A stretch of 63,967 nucleotides of DNA, the filler included. It is 9 parts of 9 records of this genome, joined end to end, with 100 filler letters (N's around TTAATTAATTAA, not from the genome) between each part and the next. Parts side by side here need not be neighbours in the genome. Positions count along the whole stretch, not along the records: positions 5,791 to 10,862 come from SRR31156797_89986; positions 10,963 to 17,731 come from SRR31156797_90052; positions 17,832 to 24,163 come from SRR31156797_90067; 6 more parts are not named here. The stretch is one strand, 5' to 3'. Every line of letters begins with the position of its first letter. Positions within the stretch are counted from its first letter, which is position 1. This document shows, one piece after another, positions 9,668 to 19,649 of this stretch. A program made the position numbers and the translations under genes. Under the pieces are notes generated by a model that saw nothing but the letters and a program-made list of their open reading frames with translations, was not told where the DNA came from and searched no databases.

Positions 9668-10648
9668 TCAGGGTACTTCTATCGAATCGAAAATCCTGTT
9701 TATAACGTCTTCGGAAGCAACGTCCTCGGCTTCGGCTTCATAAGTTAAAAGCACCCTGTGGCGCAATATATCAGGGGCGACCGTCTTGATATCCTGCGGC
9801 GTAACAAACGCCCGGCCCTTAATAAAGGCAAAGGCCCTGGCCGCCATGGAAAGATAAATGGTGGCCCGCGGCGAAGCCCCGAACTCGATATAATGTTCCA
9901 AGTCTTCCAATCCGTAATCGGAGGGCTTCCTGGTGGCGAACACTATGTTTAAAATGTAATCCAGCAGTTTTTCATCCAACAGGATGTCGCCTATTATCGC
10001 TCTTATGTCGTTTAAATCCGAAGGAGTTATGACCGGGGCGGGGTGCACTTCACGCTCGGTTCCAAAATGACGGGCTATCTCCCTTTCTTCATCCTTGGTT
10101 GGATAATCGATTTTCAGCTTGAGCATGAACCTGTCCACCTGGGCCTCGGGCAGGGGATAGGTGCCTTCCTGTTCTATGGGATTTTGAGTGGCCAGTACCA
10201 GGAAAGGATCCGGCAAGGGGAATGTTTCCCCGCCTATGGTTATCTGCCTTTCCTGCATGGCTTCCAGTAAAGCCGACTGGACTTTGGACGGGGCCCGATT
10301 TATTTCGTCCGCTAAAATGATGTTATGAAAAAGCGGTCCTTTTTTAACCGTAAAATCGCCTGTTTGCGGCTGATACACTTCGGTGCCCAACAAGTCGGCC
10401 GGCAGGAGGTCCGGCGTGAACTGAATCCGTTTAAAATCGGCCTGGATAGCCGCGGCAAGAACTTTTACCGTCAATGTCTTGGCCAGGCCCGGCACTCCCT
10501 CGATAAGTATATGGCCTTTGGTGAACAGACCAATCAGCAGCCTTTCCACCAGGGTATGCTGGCCGATAATTATTTTTCCTATTTCATTGCGCAGCCCGTT
10601 AACCAAAAGGCTCTTTTCCCCAATTTTCGCCGTAAGCTCTTCGAGCAT
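9668..10648 (-). CDS. moxR: MoxR family AAA+ ATPase
   Basis: EGVPGLAKT, RIQFTPDLLPAD, DEINRA, ATQNPIEQEGTYPLPEAQVDRF. Confidence 0.96.
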   Translation of the reverse strand: MLEELTAKIGEKSLLVNGLRNEIGKIIIGQHTLVERLLIGLFTKGHILIEGVPGLAKTLTVKVLAAAIQADFKRIQFTPDLLPADLLGTEVYQPQTGDFTVKKGPLFHNIILADEINRAPSKVQSALLEAMQERQITIGGETFPLPDPFLVLATQNPIEQEGTYPLPEAQVDRFMLKLKIDYPTKDEEREIARHFGTEREVHPAPVITPSDLNDIRAIIGDILLDEKLLDYILNIVFATRKPSDYGLEDLEHYIEFGASPRATIYLSMAARAFAFIKGRAFVTPQDIKTVAPDILRHRVLLTYEAEAEDVASEDVINRIFDSIEVP

Positions 10649-11068
10649 TGCTTTAACTCCTGTAAGTCATATGTCTATTGTGGTCAATTACTCCAAAAAC
10701 CAAAGTAACATATAAATAGGCGGCGCATATTGTCAAGATTTTGATAAGGCAATACGCTTCTTTGATAATAGTTCATATCATGGGATCCGCCCGGAAAAGG
10801 CCCGACTGATTAAAAAGCGAAAATTTCTTGCCTAGTGTCTGTCCAGAAATGAGAAATTTTTTNNNNNNNNNNNNNNNNNNNNNNNNNNNNNNNNNNNNNN
10901 NNNNNNTTAATTAATTAANNNNNNNNNNNNNNNNNNNNNNNNNNNNNNNNNNNNNNNNNNNNGTTCTGTTCAGATAATGTTCAGATTTGTTAAGGACTTC
11001 TTTATGTTATTTCCGCCGCCCCCCGGTCGATAATGTGAGAGAAATCAAGTAATTGCTGACGGGGTAGA

Positions 11069-11257
11069 ATGATGATGAAGAGTTTAGATACCATACTGAT
11101 TGCCATTGTCCTTATCACTCTGTTCTTTCCGAGGCTGCTCCATGGGACGGAGCCTGACGCCTCAGGCCGGGGTGATTCGGTTTCTGTCCTGGAGAAGAGA
11201 GTCCTCCAGGAGGGGAACCCCTGTTACGGGATCTTCCCGGCGGAAAGGACATCCTAA
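11069..11257 (+). CDS. Small putative exported protein
   Basis: 62 aa with a hydrophobic signal-like N-terminus and a GGGG purine tract upstream. Confidence 0.4.
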   Translation: MMMKSLDTILIAIVLITLFFPRLLHGTEPDASGRGDSVSVLEKRVLQEGNPCYGIFPAERTS

Positions 11258-11422
11258 GGTCTTTCCATTTGATTTCTCTGTGAAGAAACGCTCTTTCCAC
11301 TGGACGGTCTCATATGGTAGAATCCGTCCGGAACCGATTTTTCCTCTGGCCTTTTCGCAGGGTCTTTCTGCATAGCCTGATTGTGGAGATACGGTTCTGA
11401 TAAGATTTAACGGAAGGAAGCC

Positions 11423-12421
11423 ATGAGCGGAAAAATCGTATTAACAGGTATCAAACCCACCGGAATGCCTCATCTGGGAAACTATCTGGGCGCTATCAAG
11501 CCCGCCCTCGGCCTGGCCGAACAGTATGAGACTACCCGGTTCTTTATCGCCGACTATCATTCGCTGAACAGTATAAAGGATCCTGCTCAGCTCAGAAGCT
11601 ATACCTACGAGATCGCCGCCTGCTGGCTGGCATGCGGTCTGGATCCGGAGAAGACTCTCCTCTACAGGCAGTCGGACGTACCCGAGACCTTCGAACTGAC
11701 CACCATGATCATGGCCTTCACTTCCAAGGGATTGATGAACAGGGCCCATGCCTACAAGGCCCAGGTGGACCAGAACCGGGAGAAGGGGAAGCCCGAGGAT
11801 CACAACATCAACATGGGACTCTACACCTACCCCGTTCTCATGGCTGCGGACATCCTCCTCTTCGACACCAACTACGTCCCCGTCGGGAAGGACCAGGTCC
11901 AGCATATCGAGATGGCTGTGGATATCGCCCAGGCTGTGAATCGCAATTATAAGACCGAACTGCTGACCCTTCCCGAGGCGGTCGTATCGGAAACCACCCA
12001 GGTCATCACCGGAATGGACGGACGGAAGATGAGCAAGAGCTATGACAATACCATCCCTCTTTTCATTCCCGAGAAGAAGCTGAAGAAGCTCTGCAACAAG
12101 ATCGTGACCAATTCCCAGACCGTGGAAGAGCCCAAGGATCCGGATAACTGTAATGTTTTCACCCTTTACAAGCTCTTCGCTACCGAAGAGGAACAGAAGG
12201 CCCTGGCCGAACGCTACAGGGCCGGCGGTATGGGTTGGGGCGAAGCCAAGGCCGAGCTGTTTCGCGTTCTGAACCAGACGATCAGTCCCATGCGGGACCG
12301 CTACGACGAACTGATGGCGGATACCTCCCATATCGACAGGGTCTTGGCTGAAGGGGCGGCGAAGGCCCGGAAATTGGCGGCTGCCAAGATCGCTATGCTC
12401 CGGGATGCCATGGGTTTTTAA
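11423..12421 (+). CDS. trpS: Tryptophan--tRNA ligase
   Basis: TGIKPTG.PHLGNY, YPVLMAADIL, VPVGKDQ.QH, KMSKS. Confidence 0.97.
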   Translation: MSGKIVLTGIKPTGMPHLGNYLGAIKPALGLAEQYETTRFFIADYHSLNSIKDPAQLRSYTYEIAACWLACGLDPEKTLLYRQSDVPETFELTTMIMAFTSKGLMNRAHAYKAQVDQNREKGKPEDHNINMGLYTYPVLMAADILLFDTNYVPVGKDQVQHIEMAVDIAQAVNRNYKTELLTLPEAVVSETTQVITGMDGRKMSKSYDNTIPLFIPEKKLKKLCNKIVTNSQTVEEPKDPDNCNVFTLYKLFATEEEQKALAERYRAGGMGWGEAKAELFRVLNQTISPMRDRYDELMADTSHIDRVLAEGAAKARKLAAAKIAMLRDAMGF

Positions 12422-12482
12422 TGCCCCGCTCCTGTGAGGAGCGAGATTTCTTAACGAATACTTAACGAAGTCCCGAATAAAG

Positions 12483-12511
12483 GGGAAATTCTGCTGAATT
12501 TCCCTTTTTTT
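12483..12511 (+). terminator. Rho-independent terminator of trpS
   Basis: GGGAAATTC-tgct-GAATTTCCC followed by T7. Confidence 0.8.
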
Positions 12512-12512
12512 A

Positions 12513-12529
12513 TTGGCATGGATCTTGTA
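12513..12529 (+). promoter_or_regulatory. Sigma-54 (-24/-12) promoter-like element
   Basis: TTGGCAT-ggatc-TTGTA versus consensus TGGCAC-N5-TTGCW, about 30 nt upstream of ATG 12559 with an AAGGAGG SD. Confidence 0.6.
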
Positions 12530-12558
12530 TTCCCTATTAGCCCGAAGGAGGGCAAACG

Positions 12559-13479
12559 ATGGTTGACTACATAACCCACCAGGCCCTGGTGTACCAGGCG
12601 TCGTGCCGAGGACGGTTCCGGTTCGAGTACAGGCGACAGTTCCTGAACGATCTGAGCGTCCATATCTATATCTATCCCGGAATGAGGAACGCCCTCAGCG
12701 AGGAGGAGTGGAGCGAGTTCTTTCTGAGCTTTCTGGGAAAGCTCCCCGATATTCTGATGCACTATGAATTCCAGGGCCCGTCCTTTCTCAACTACCTTAA
12801 CCGTCTGATGGACTGGCATCTGAAAAGCTACTACAGGAGCTGTGAGAGGCAGCGCCAGGAGTGCTGGGTCCACGAGAGGGAATCCTTTCTCAACGGCTCC
12901 CTCTGCAGCGGCCAGGAAGGAAGGGCGGAGAGCCGCAAAACCCTGGCGGAGAAGATCGAGAGCGTCTTCAGTCGCTGCGACATGCCTCGGATCAGGCGGG
13001 AAGCCCTGCGGCAGAGGCTTCTGGTTCTGGTGTTGAAAAACGCGGCGATCCTGGATGAGGACGATTTCCTGACGGCCTTCCCCCTGCTGGGGCCGGAGCC
13101 GGAAGAGGCCATGGGCATGCGCGCTCATCTGCTGTCTACCCTTGAGATGAAAACCGCCCGCAGGGACGCCCTCGGGCTGAAGCGAAACGAGAGCTATTTC
13201 CGTCTGGCCATGGCTTCCAAGCGTCTGGACGAGGCCGTGTCCGGAAAGGTCCGGGAAGAGCTGGAGGGGAAGATCCTTCTCTATCGCCGCAGACTGCGGA
13301 GGCTGGATGAGCGGATACGCCGCATTCCCATGGTGCCCAGCAATGAGGAGATCGCAGGCGTACTGGGCCTTCCCAAGGGAACGGTGGATTCGGGGCTCTA
13401 CTACCTCCGGTTGTTTCTGCGGGATCTGAAGGAAAGAGAGATCAGTTCTCTGGAGGATCTGAGCGACTCCCGGCGCTAA
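12559..13479 (+). CDS. Divergent sigma-70-like / HTH protein
   Basis: C-terminal SNEEIAGVLGLPKGTVDSGL resembles the sigma region 4.2 HTH; N-terminal part resembles region 2 (GPSFLNYL). Confidence 0.6.
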   Translation: MVDYITHQALVYQASCRGRFRFEYRRQFLNDLSVHIYIYPGMRNALSEEEWSEFFLSFLGKLPDILMHYEFQGPSFLNYLNRLMDWHLKSYYRSCERQRQECWVHERESFLNGSLCSGQEGRAESRKTLAEKIESVFSRCDMPRIRREALRQRLLVLVLKNAAILDEDDFLTAFPLLGPEPEEAMGMRAHLLSTLEMKTARRDALGLKRNESYFRLAMASKRLDEAVSGKVREELEGKILLYRRRLRRLDERIRRIPMVPSNEEIAGVLGLPKGTVDSGLYYLRLFLRDLKEREISSLEDLSDSRR

Positions 13480-13629
13480 TCATAGCTCTGCAGCGGACCT
13501 TCCCTGCGGAGAGGGCGTCGCGGGAGCTGCGGGGGACGCAGCGGCAGGGGGCCCCATCGGGATGTTCGAAAGGCTCGGTTTGCCGGTTATCATTGCTTTT
13601 TACATCTCTGTCGGATTATCATTTCTCCT

Positions 13630-14217
13630 ATGGAAATAGTATTAGCCACAGGAAACATGCATAAAAAACAGGAGCTGGAGCAGATTCTCTCCGGCCATAC
13701 CATTCTGATCCCCTCCGATCTGGGAGTGGACTTCGACTGCGATGAGACGGGAACCACCTTTCTCGCCAACGCCAGACTGAAGGCGGAAACCCTCTACGCC
13801 CAGGTGAAACGACCGGTCCTGGCCGACGACTCGGGACTCTGCGTCAGGGCCCTGGACGGAGAACCGGGCATCTACTCGGCCCGCTACGGCTCGGAGAACG
13901 GAAAGACGCTCAGCGATACCGAACGCTATGAGCTCCTTCTGAAGAACCTGGAGGGCGTGGAGGACCGGGGGGCCCACTTCGTCTGCGCCATGGTTCTGAT
14001 CATGGCTCCCTACAGGGAGTTCGCCGTACAGGAGACCTTCGACGGCAGCATAGCCTCCTCTCCTTTCGGCGGAGGCGGCTTCGGCTACGATCCTATCTTC
14101 ATCGACGCCCTCTCCGGGAAAACCGCCGCTGAGCTCACGGCGGAGGAGAAAAACCGCGTTTCCCACCGGGGCAAGGCCGGAAAGGCCATGGCCGCCCTGC
14201 TGGAGGCCCTTTCATGA
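13630..14217 (+). CDS. rdgB: RdgB/HAM1 non-canonical purine NTP pyrophosphatase
   Basis: ATGN.HK..E, ADDSGL, PGIYSARY, GFGYDPIF, EKNRVSHRGKA. Confidence 0.96.
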   Translation: MEIVLATGNMHKKQELEQILSGHTILIPSDLGVDFDCDETGTTFLANARLKAETLYAQVKRPVLADDSGLCVRALDGEPGIYSARYGSENGKTLSDTERYELLLKNLEGVEDRGAHFVCAMVLIMAPYREFAVQETFDGSIASSPFGGGGFGYDPIFIDALSGKTAAELTAEEKNRVSHRGKAGKAMAALLEALS

Positions 14218-16016
14218 GCCGGGATCTGAGACTGCGCAAGGACGTACCTGCCGGGGACAGATGGGACCTGAGCTCCCTCTTTGTCGACGAGGCCTCCTGG
14301 GAGGACGGCCTGAAGGAGTATGAGGCCCTGATTCCCCGGATCGAATCCTTCAAGGGAACCCTGGGAGAGGGGGCCGCACGGCTGAGAGAGTGCCTTGATT
14401 TCTTCAATATGCTGGAGATGCTGGAAGAGAGTCTGGGATACTACGCCATGCTCCGCAAGGAGGAGGATGTGGCCGACAGCGATTCGGCTGGCCGCTTCAC
14501 CCGCTACATGGCCGTCGCCACCAGGAGCAGCGCCGAATCCAGCTTTCTGAAGCCGGAGATTCAGTCCCTGCCGGATGAACAGCTGGACTCCTATCTGGCC
14601 GATCCGCTGCTGCAGGACTTTCGCATCCCCCTGGAGCGGATGATCCGCTACAAGCCCCATATCCTTTCCGAAGGGGAGGAGCGCCTCCTGGCCCGGCAGG
14701 CAGAGTCGGCGCAGGTGGCCCGCAAGGCCTTCTCCGCTCTGACCAACGGGGATATGGATTTCGGGAAGCTGACGGTGGAGGGTGAGGAGAAGCCTCTGAC
14801 CAACAGCAGCTACGGTGTCTTTATGCTTCATCCCGACCGGGAGCTCCGGAAGAAGGCCTTCGGGCAGTTCTATTCCGTCTTCGAAGGGCATAAGAACACC
14901 CTCGGCGAGCTGTACAGCGGCAGCGTCCTCCGGGATATCTATACCGCGCGAAGCCGGGGCTTTGAGACGGCCCGGGAGGCGGCCCTCTTCCCCGACAATG
15001 TGCCCGGGGATGTTTACGACAGCCTTGTGTCCTCTGTCTCTGATAATCTGGAGCCCCTTCACCGCTACTACGCCCTGCGGAAAAAGGTCCTGGGCCTGGA
15101 TGAGATGCGGCTTTACGATACCAAGGTTTCCCTGATTCCCGACGTCAATGTGAAGACTAGCTACGACGAGGCTGTGGGTATGGTTCTGGAAGCCCTGAAA
15201 CCTCTGGGCGAGGAATACGGCAGAACCATCGCCGGCGGTTTGCGGGGGACATGGGTGGACCGCTATGAGAACAAGGGCAAGCGTTCGGGCGCCTTCTCGG
15301 CGGGATCCTACAAGGGCGATCCCTACATCCTGATGAACTTCAAGGAAGACGACCTGCGTCATGTTTTCACACTGGCCCATGAGGGAGGGCACTCCATGCA
15401 CTCCTGGTACTCTGTGAGAAACAATCCCTTCCAGACCTACAGCTACACCATATTCGAGGCCGAGGTGGCCTCCACATTCAACGAACAGCTTCTGGCCCGT
15501 TACCTGTCAGACCGTTCGGAGAGCCGGGAGATGACCCTCCATCTCCTGGGACGTCAGATCGACGATATACTGGCCACCATCTACAGGCAGACCATGTTTG
15601 CCGAGTACGAGCTCAGATGCCACAGCCTGGCTGAGGAGGGACAGCCTTTGACGGTGGACGCCTTGCGCAGCGAGTACAGGCTGCTCCTTGAGAAATACTT
15701 CGGCAAAGCCGTGGCCCTTGAGGACGAGGCGGATCTGGAGGGACTGAGGATTCCCCATTTCTACCGGGCCTACTACGTATACAAGTACGCCACTGGTCTT
15801 TCCGCAGCCATGGCCCTGTCCGAGATGGTTCTGGAAGGAGGGGAGGCCGAGAGGGATCGCTATCTGGGATTCCTCAAATCCGGCGGAAGCCGTTTCCCCC
15901 TGGATTCCCTGAAGGCCGCGGGGGTGGATATGAGCCGTCCCGACGCGGTCAACCGGGCCCTGGGCCGTTTCGCCCGGCTGGTGGATCAGCTGGAGAAGGA
16001 ACTGCTTTCTCTCTGA
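14214..16016 (+). CDS. pepF: Oligoendopeptidase F (M3B)
   Basis: WDLS, KGKRSGAFS, TLAHEGGHSMHS, AEVASTFNE, RIPHFY..YYVYKYATG. Confidence 0.95.
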   Translation: MSRDLRLRKDVPAGDRWDLSSLFVDEASWEDGLKEYEALIPRIESFKGTLGEGAARLRECLDFFNMLEMLEESLGYYAMLRKEEDVADSDSAGRFTRYMAVATRSSAESSFLKPEIQSLPDEQLDSYLADPLLQDFRIPLERMIRYKPHILSEGEERLLARQAESAQVARKAFSALTNGDMDFGKLTVEGEEKPLTNSSYGVFMLHPDRELRKKAFGQFYSVFEGHKNTLGELYSGSVLRDIYTARSRGFETAREAALFPDNVPGDVYDSLVSSVSDNLEPLHRYYALRKKVLGLDEMRLYDTKVSLIPDVNVKTSYDEAVGMVLEALKPLGEEYGRTIAGGLRGTWVDRYENKGKRSGAFSAGSYKGDPYILMNFKEDDLRHVFTLAHEGGHSMHSWYSVRNNPFQTYSYTIFEAEVASTFNEQLLARYLSDRSESREMTLHLLGRQIDDILATIYRQTMFAEYELRCHSLAEEGQPLTVDALRSEYRLLLEKYFGKAVALEDEADLEGLRIPHFYRAYYVYKYATGLSAAMALSEMVLEGGEAERDRYLGFLKSGGSRFPLDSLKAAGVDMSRPDAVNRALGRFARLVDQLEKELLSL

Positions 16017-16134
16017 TCACGGGGACCGGGAATCCTCCGGCCTCCGGGTCGGAGGATCTGAGGGTGGAATGCGTATGACCGGTTGATCGGTTCGATCTCC
16101 TCCCGATTCAGGTCCGTGTCCAGGGATCGGGGTT

Positions 16135-16809
16135 TTAGTAGCTCTTTCCGTAGCCTTCCACCGTATCCCAGTCTATGGTCTGCCCTATCCTGGCGGCCAG
16201 GGCCTCCATGTCTTCGTCGTCATGGTAGAGCAGGGGGGCCTTGCTCACCTCGAGGCGACCGTCGGTTTCGCTGATTCTGACGGCGTTGTGGTGGCTGCCT
16301 TCCATAGGCTGGGAGAAGCGCTCATCCAGATCGCCCATCTCGATTTTGCCGTTGCAGAGACAGAAGTAGGTGGTGACCGGATCCTCTCTCTTCACAAAGA
16401 AGCTGGTCCCCCTGATTCCCGCCACCACGGAACCCGAATTAACGGAAAAGGTCTGGTCCATGGCCTTGATCAGGCTGCCTATATTCCTCAGTATGGCGGC
16501 GGCCGCCCCCTTGTCCAGATTCAGTTCCGCCTCCTTGAAGGAGAGGCGTATGATGGAATCTTCAAATACCCTGATGATATTACTGCCCAGAAACTGTATC
16601 TCACAGTAGGACCCGGCATCCGTTTTTATCACGTCCCCGTCCCTGACCACAGCGCCTTCATCCGCTTTCTCATTTCCCACCGTCACGACGCCCTCCATGG
16701 CGACGATCTTGCCCGTGATGGCGATGGCTTCCGTTCCGCTGTCCCTCTTTCCGCTGCAGGAGGAGAGGAGGGCTAACAGGATAATTGTGCAAAGGGCATA
16801 ACGTTTCAT
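16135..16809 (-). CDS. FecR-domain lipoprotein
   Basis: MKRYALCTIILLALLSSC lipobox; GDVIKT, VAGIRGTSFFV; the longer ORF-track call overlaps serS and is an artefact. Confidence 0.8.
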   Translation of the reverse strand: MKRYALCTIILLALLSSCSGKRDSGTEAIAITGKIVAMEGVVTVGNEKADEGAVVRDGDVIKTDAGSYCEIQFLGSNIIRVFEDSIIRLSFKEAELNLDKGAAAAILRNIGSLIKAMDQTFSVNSGSVVAGIRGTSFFVKREDPVTTYFCLCNGKIEMGDLDERFSQPMEGSHHNAVRISETDGRLEVSKAPLLYHDDEDMEALAARIGQTIDWDTVEGYGKSY

Positions 16810-16878
16810 GCCGACTCCTTTGTTTTCTCTTTCAAATGAATTGATCAATAAATTTCTATCTGTTACTATCTCAATACT

Positions 16879-17731
16879 ATGCTGGATTTCAAATTTATCA
16901 AGGACAATCTGGACGCCGTCCGGGAAAACATTAAAAACCGTAACGTCAGCGCCGATCCCGAAAAGGTCGTCACCCTTTATGATCAGCGCAACGCCGTGAT
17001 ACAAGAGCTGGAAGAGCTTCGCCGCCAGAGGAATGAGAACGCTTCCAGGATGAAGGGCAAGCTGGAACCCGAGGTCCGGCAGGGACTCATCGAAGAGGGA
17101 AAGGCTCTGAAAGAGAAGATCGCCACTGTGGAAGAGCGGATGGACGTCCTTCTGAAGGAGCTTCAGGCCGCCGCCGTGCTCATCCCCAATATGGCCCATC
17201 CCGAGGCCCCCGTGGGCAAGGAGGACAAGGATAATCTTGAGATCCTCCGGAGCGGAGAGCTCCCCTCTTTTTCGTTCAAAGCCAAAGACCATGTGGAGCT
17301 TGCCGAGGCCATGGATCTCGTAGACTTCGAGAACGCCGCAAGGGTTTCGGGCTCCAAATTCTACTACCTGAAAAACGAGGCGGTCCTTCTGGAACTCGCC
17401 CTGACGAGATATGCTCTGGACGTGCTGCAGAAGCACGGCTTCACCCTGACCATTACCCCCGATATCGCCCGGGAAGAGATCGTTGAGGGCGTGGGATTCA
17501 ATCCCCGGGGCGAGGAATCCAATATCTACGCCCTGGAAGGCACGGGCACCTGCCTCGTGGGTACGGCCGAGATCACCCTGGGAGGCTACTACGCCGGACA
17601 GATGGTCGACCTTTCAAAGGGGCCGATCCTGATGGCCGGAGTCTCCCACTGCTTCCGCCGCGAGGCCGGAGCCGCAGGGCAGTACTCCAAGGGGCTTTAC
17701 AGGGTGCATCAGTTCACCAAGATCGAGATGT
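16879..17731 (+). CDS. serS: Serine--tRNA ligase (3' truncated)
   Basis: MLD.KFI..N, coiled-coil arm, IPN, GTAEITL, SHCFRREAGAAG, GLYRVHQFTKIEM. Confidence 0.96.
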
Positions 17732-17831
17732 NNNNNNNNNNNNNNNNNNNNNNNNNNNNNNNNNNNNNNNNNNNNTTAATTAATTAANNNNNNNNNNNNN
17801 NNNNNNNNNNNNNNNNNNNNNNNNNNNNNNN

Positions 17832-17857
17832 AAGGGCACGGCGCGCCGCGCCCCTAC
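17832..17857 (-). repeat. GTAG-family REP-like palindrome
   Basis: Minus strand GTAG-GGGCGCGGCGCGCCGTGCCC, at the contig end downstream of thiolase. Confidence 0.6.
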
Positions 17858-17895
17858 AGTCAAACAATTCGAGAAACCACCGTCAATGGGAACAC

Positions 17896-19134
17896 TTATA
17901 CGGCTTCGACGATGGTGGCGATGCCGATGCCGCCGCCGCCGCACATCATCTGCATTCCGGCGCGACCATTGGTGCGCTTGAGGTGATGGACCATCTCGCC
18001 GAAATAGACCACGCCGGATGCGCCGATGGGATGACCGATGGCTATGGCGCCGCCGGTGGGATTCTGCCTCGGATCGTCGTAATCATAACCGAGTTCCTTG
18101 GCGAAAACCAGGAGCGGACTGGCGAAGGCTTCGTTAGGCTCAAGTATATCAAGGTCGTCAATGGTTTTGCCTGCGCGGTCCATGGCTTTGCGGCAGGCAG
18201 GGATCGGCGCCAGAAGCATGGGGATCGGATCTCCGCCCGCTTCCGCGCAGGCAGTGATTTTACACAATGGCTCCAATCCCAGCTTTTCCGCCTTGTCCGC
18301 GCTCATCAACATTACGGCTCCGGCGCCGTCCACGATCTGCGAGGAGTTGCCGGCGGTTACTATGCCGCCTTCGGGTTTAAAAGGCGCTTTTAACTGGCCT
18401 ACATCCGCCATAAATCCATCGGGGTCGTCCATGGCCTTGGCGCGGATGGTTTCGTCCTTGCTTGCCGAATAGGTTTTTCCTTCCCATTCCCACTCAAAGG
18501 GAACGATCAGGTCGTCATGCCAGCCTTCCCGTTGGGCCTTAACCGCGTTCTGCATGCTCATGAGACCGAACCGGTCCAGATCCTCACGCGTGTGACCGTA
18601 ATCTTCGGAAATCATTTCCGCACATACGCCCTGAGGTATGGTCATGCCTATCTCTTCGAATCGCGGAGTAAAACGGATTGGATATTGAGCCTGCATGGCT
18701 ACTTGTATATCAGAGCCCATGCCGTAGTGGGACATCAGTTCCACGCCCGCGCAGATGAACACGTCCCCGTCCCCGCAACGTATAGCCCGGGCCGAATTGT
18801 TAATGGCCTTAAGACCGGCGTTGCAATATTGGTTGACCGTGTGCCCGCAGGCTTCCTTGGGAATGCCCGCCAGAAGGGATGCGATACGGGCGATATTGCT
18901 TCCCTGCTCTCCGATCTGGCTTAAACAGCCGACAGCAACGTCTTCGATTTCTTTAGGGTCAAAATTGGGCGCCTTGGCCTGGACTCGATCCATAAGCCCT
19001 TTCATGGTGTTGGCCAAAAGGTCCTGGGCCGATGCCTGGCAGAGCTGCCCGCCTTTTTCCATGCCTTTGCGGCCTGATTTACCGATAGGACTCCGAACGG
19101 CGTCGATAACAACAACTTCTTTCAATGATGCCAT
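17896..19134 (-). CDS. Thiolase (acetyl-CoA C-acyltransferase)
   Basis: VRSPIGK, VNQYCNAG, TAGNSSQIVDGA, NEAF, GHPIGASG, MCGGGG; ATG 19134 with GGAGG SD. Confidence 0.95.
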   Translation of the reverse strand: MASLKEVVVIDAVRSPIGKSGRKGMEKGGQLCQASAQDLLANTMKGLMDRVQAKAPNFDPKEIEDVAVGCLSQIGEQGSNIARIASLLAGIPKEACGHTVNQYCNAGLKAINNSARAIRCGDGDVFICAGVELMSHYGMGSDIQVAMQAQYPIRFTPRFEEIGMTIPQGVCAEMISEDYGHTREDLDRFGLMSMQNAVKAQREGWHDDLIVPFEWEWEGKTYSASKDETIRAKAMDDPDGFMADVGQLKAPFKPEGGIVTAGNSSQIVDGAGAVMLMSADKAEKLGLEPLCKITACAEAGGDPIPMLLAPIPACRKAMDRAGKTIDDLDILEPNEAFASPLLVFAKELGYDYDDPRQNPTGGAIAIGHPIGASGVVYFGEMVHHLKRTNGRAGMQMMCGGGGIGIATIVEAV

Positions 19135-19649
19135 AATACCCTCCAATGTTTATATACCGGCTTAATCCTCTAATGGAAAGAGGCTCCCATCAGCTGATAT
19201 AATGCCTGGTTTTAAACGGCTTAACCGGCTTACAGGCGCAGTCGACAAAAGACCGGCAGTGACAGGGGCGCCAATTTGGCAATGTCTATTACTATCGCGG
19301 CCAATGCGTCGATATGCTTGAGCCAAGCCGTCTATTGCTTCCGGCCTTAACCCTATGCAAATCTGTTTGTTACTCTTTCTTGAAATCCGGGGTGCGTTTT
19401 TTTGCGAAAGCCTTGAATCCTTCATGACAACCGTGTGAAAACGCCGGACTATAGTTTCCGTGAAATCCAACGCGTTGTCCACCAATTTTTAATACACCGC
19501 ACTAATAAAAATATCAGTGATTTCTTTTTCGCCGCCTCTTGAGGCCGTCATGTAGAGATATACGGGGCTATTCGGCGTCCGGTTCGCGACGCCTGGGTGT
19601 TTTCAATTGCGCCGAATTCCGGCGTTCATTGATTAATTGGCGCTGGGAC

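Noticed and set aside
10832-10862. CTAG-TGTCTGTCCAGAAA at the contig end as a possible IS/MITE terminus
   Set aside because: Only one end is visible, with no transposase and no second copy.
16810-17436. 433-aa ORF apparently extending the FecR protein
   Set aside because: The extension is the antisense frame of serS; the real start with a lipobox is at 16809.
19147-19649. 500-nt intergenic region and ORF 19162-19485
   Set aside because: No recognisable RNA motif, repeat or protein signature; it is probably the thiolase promoter region.
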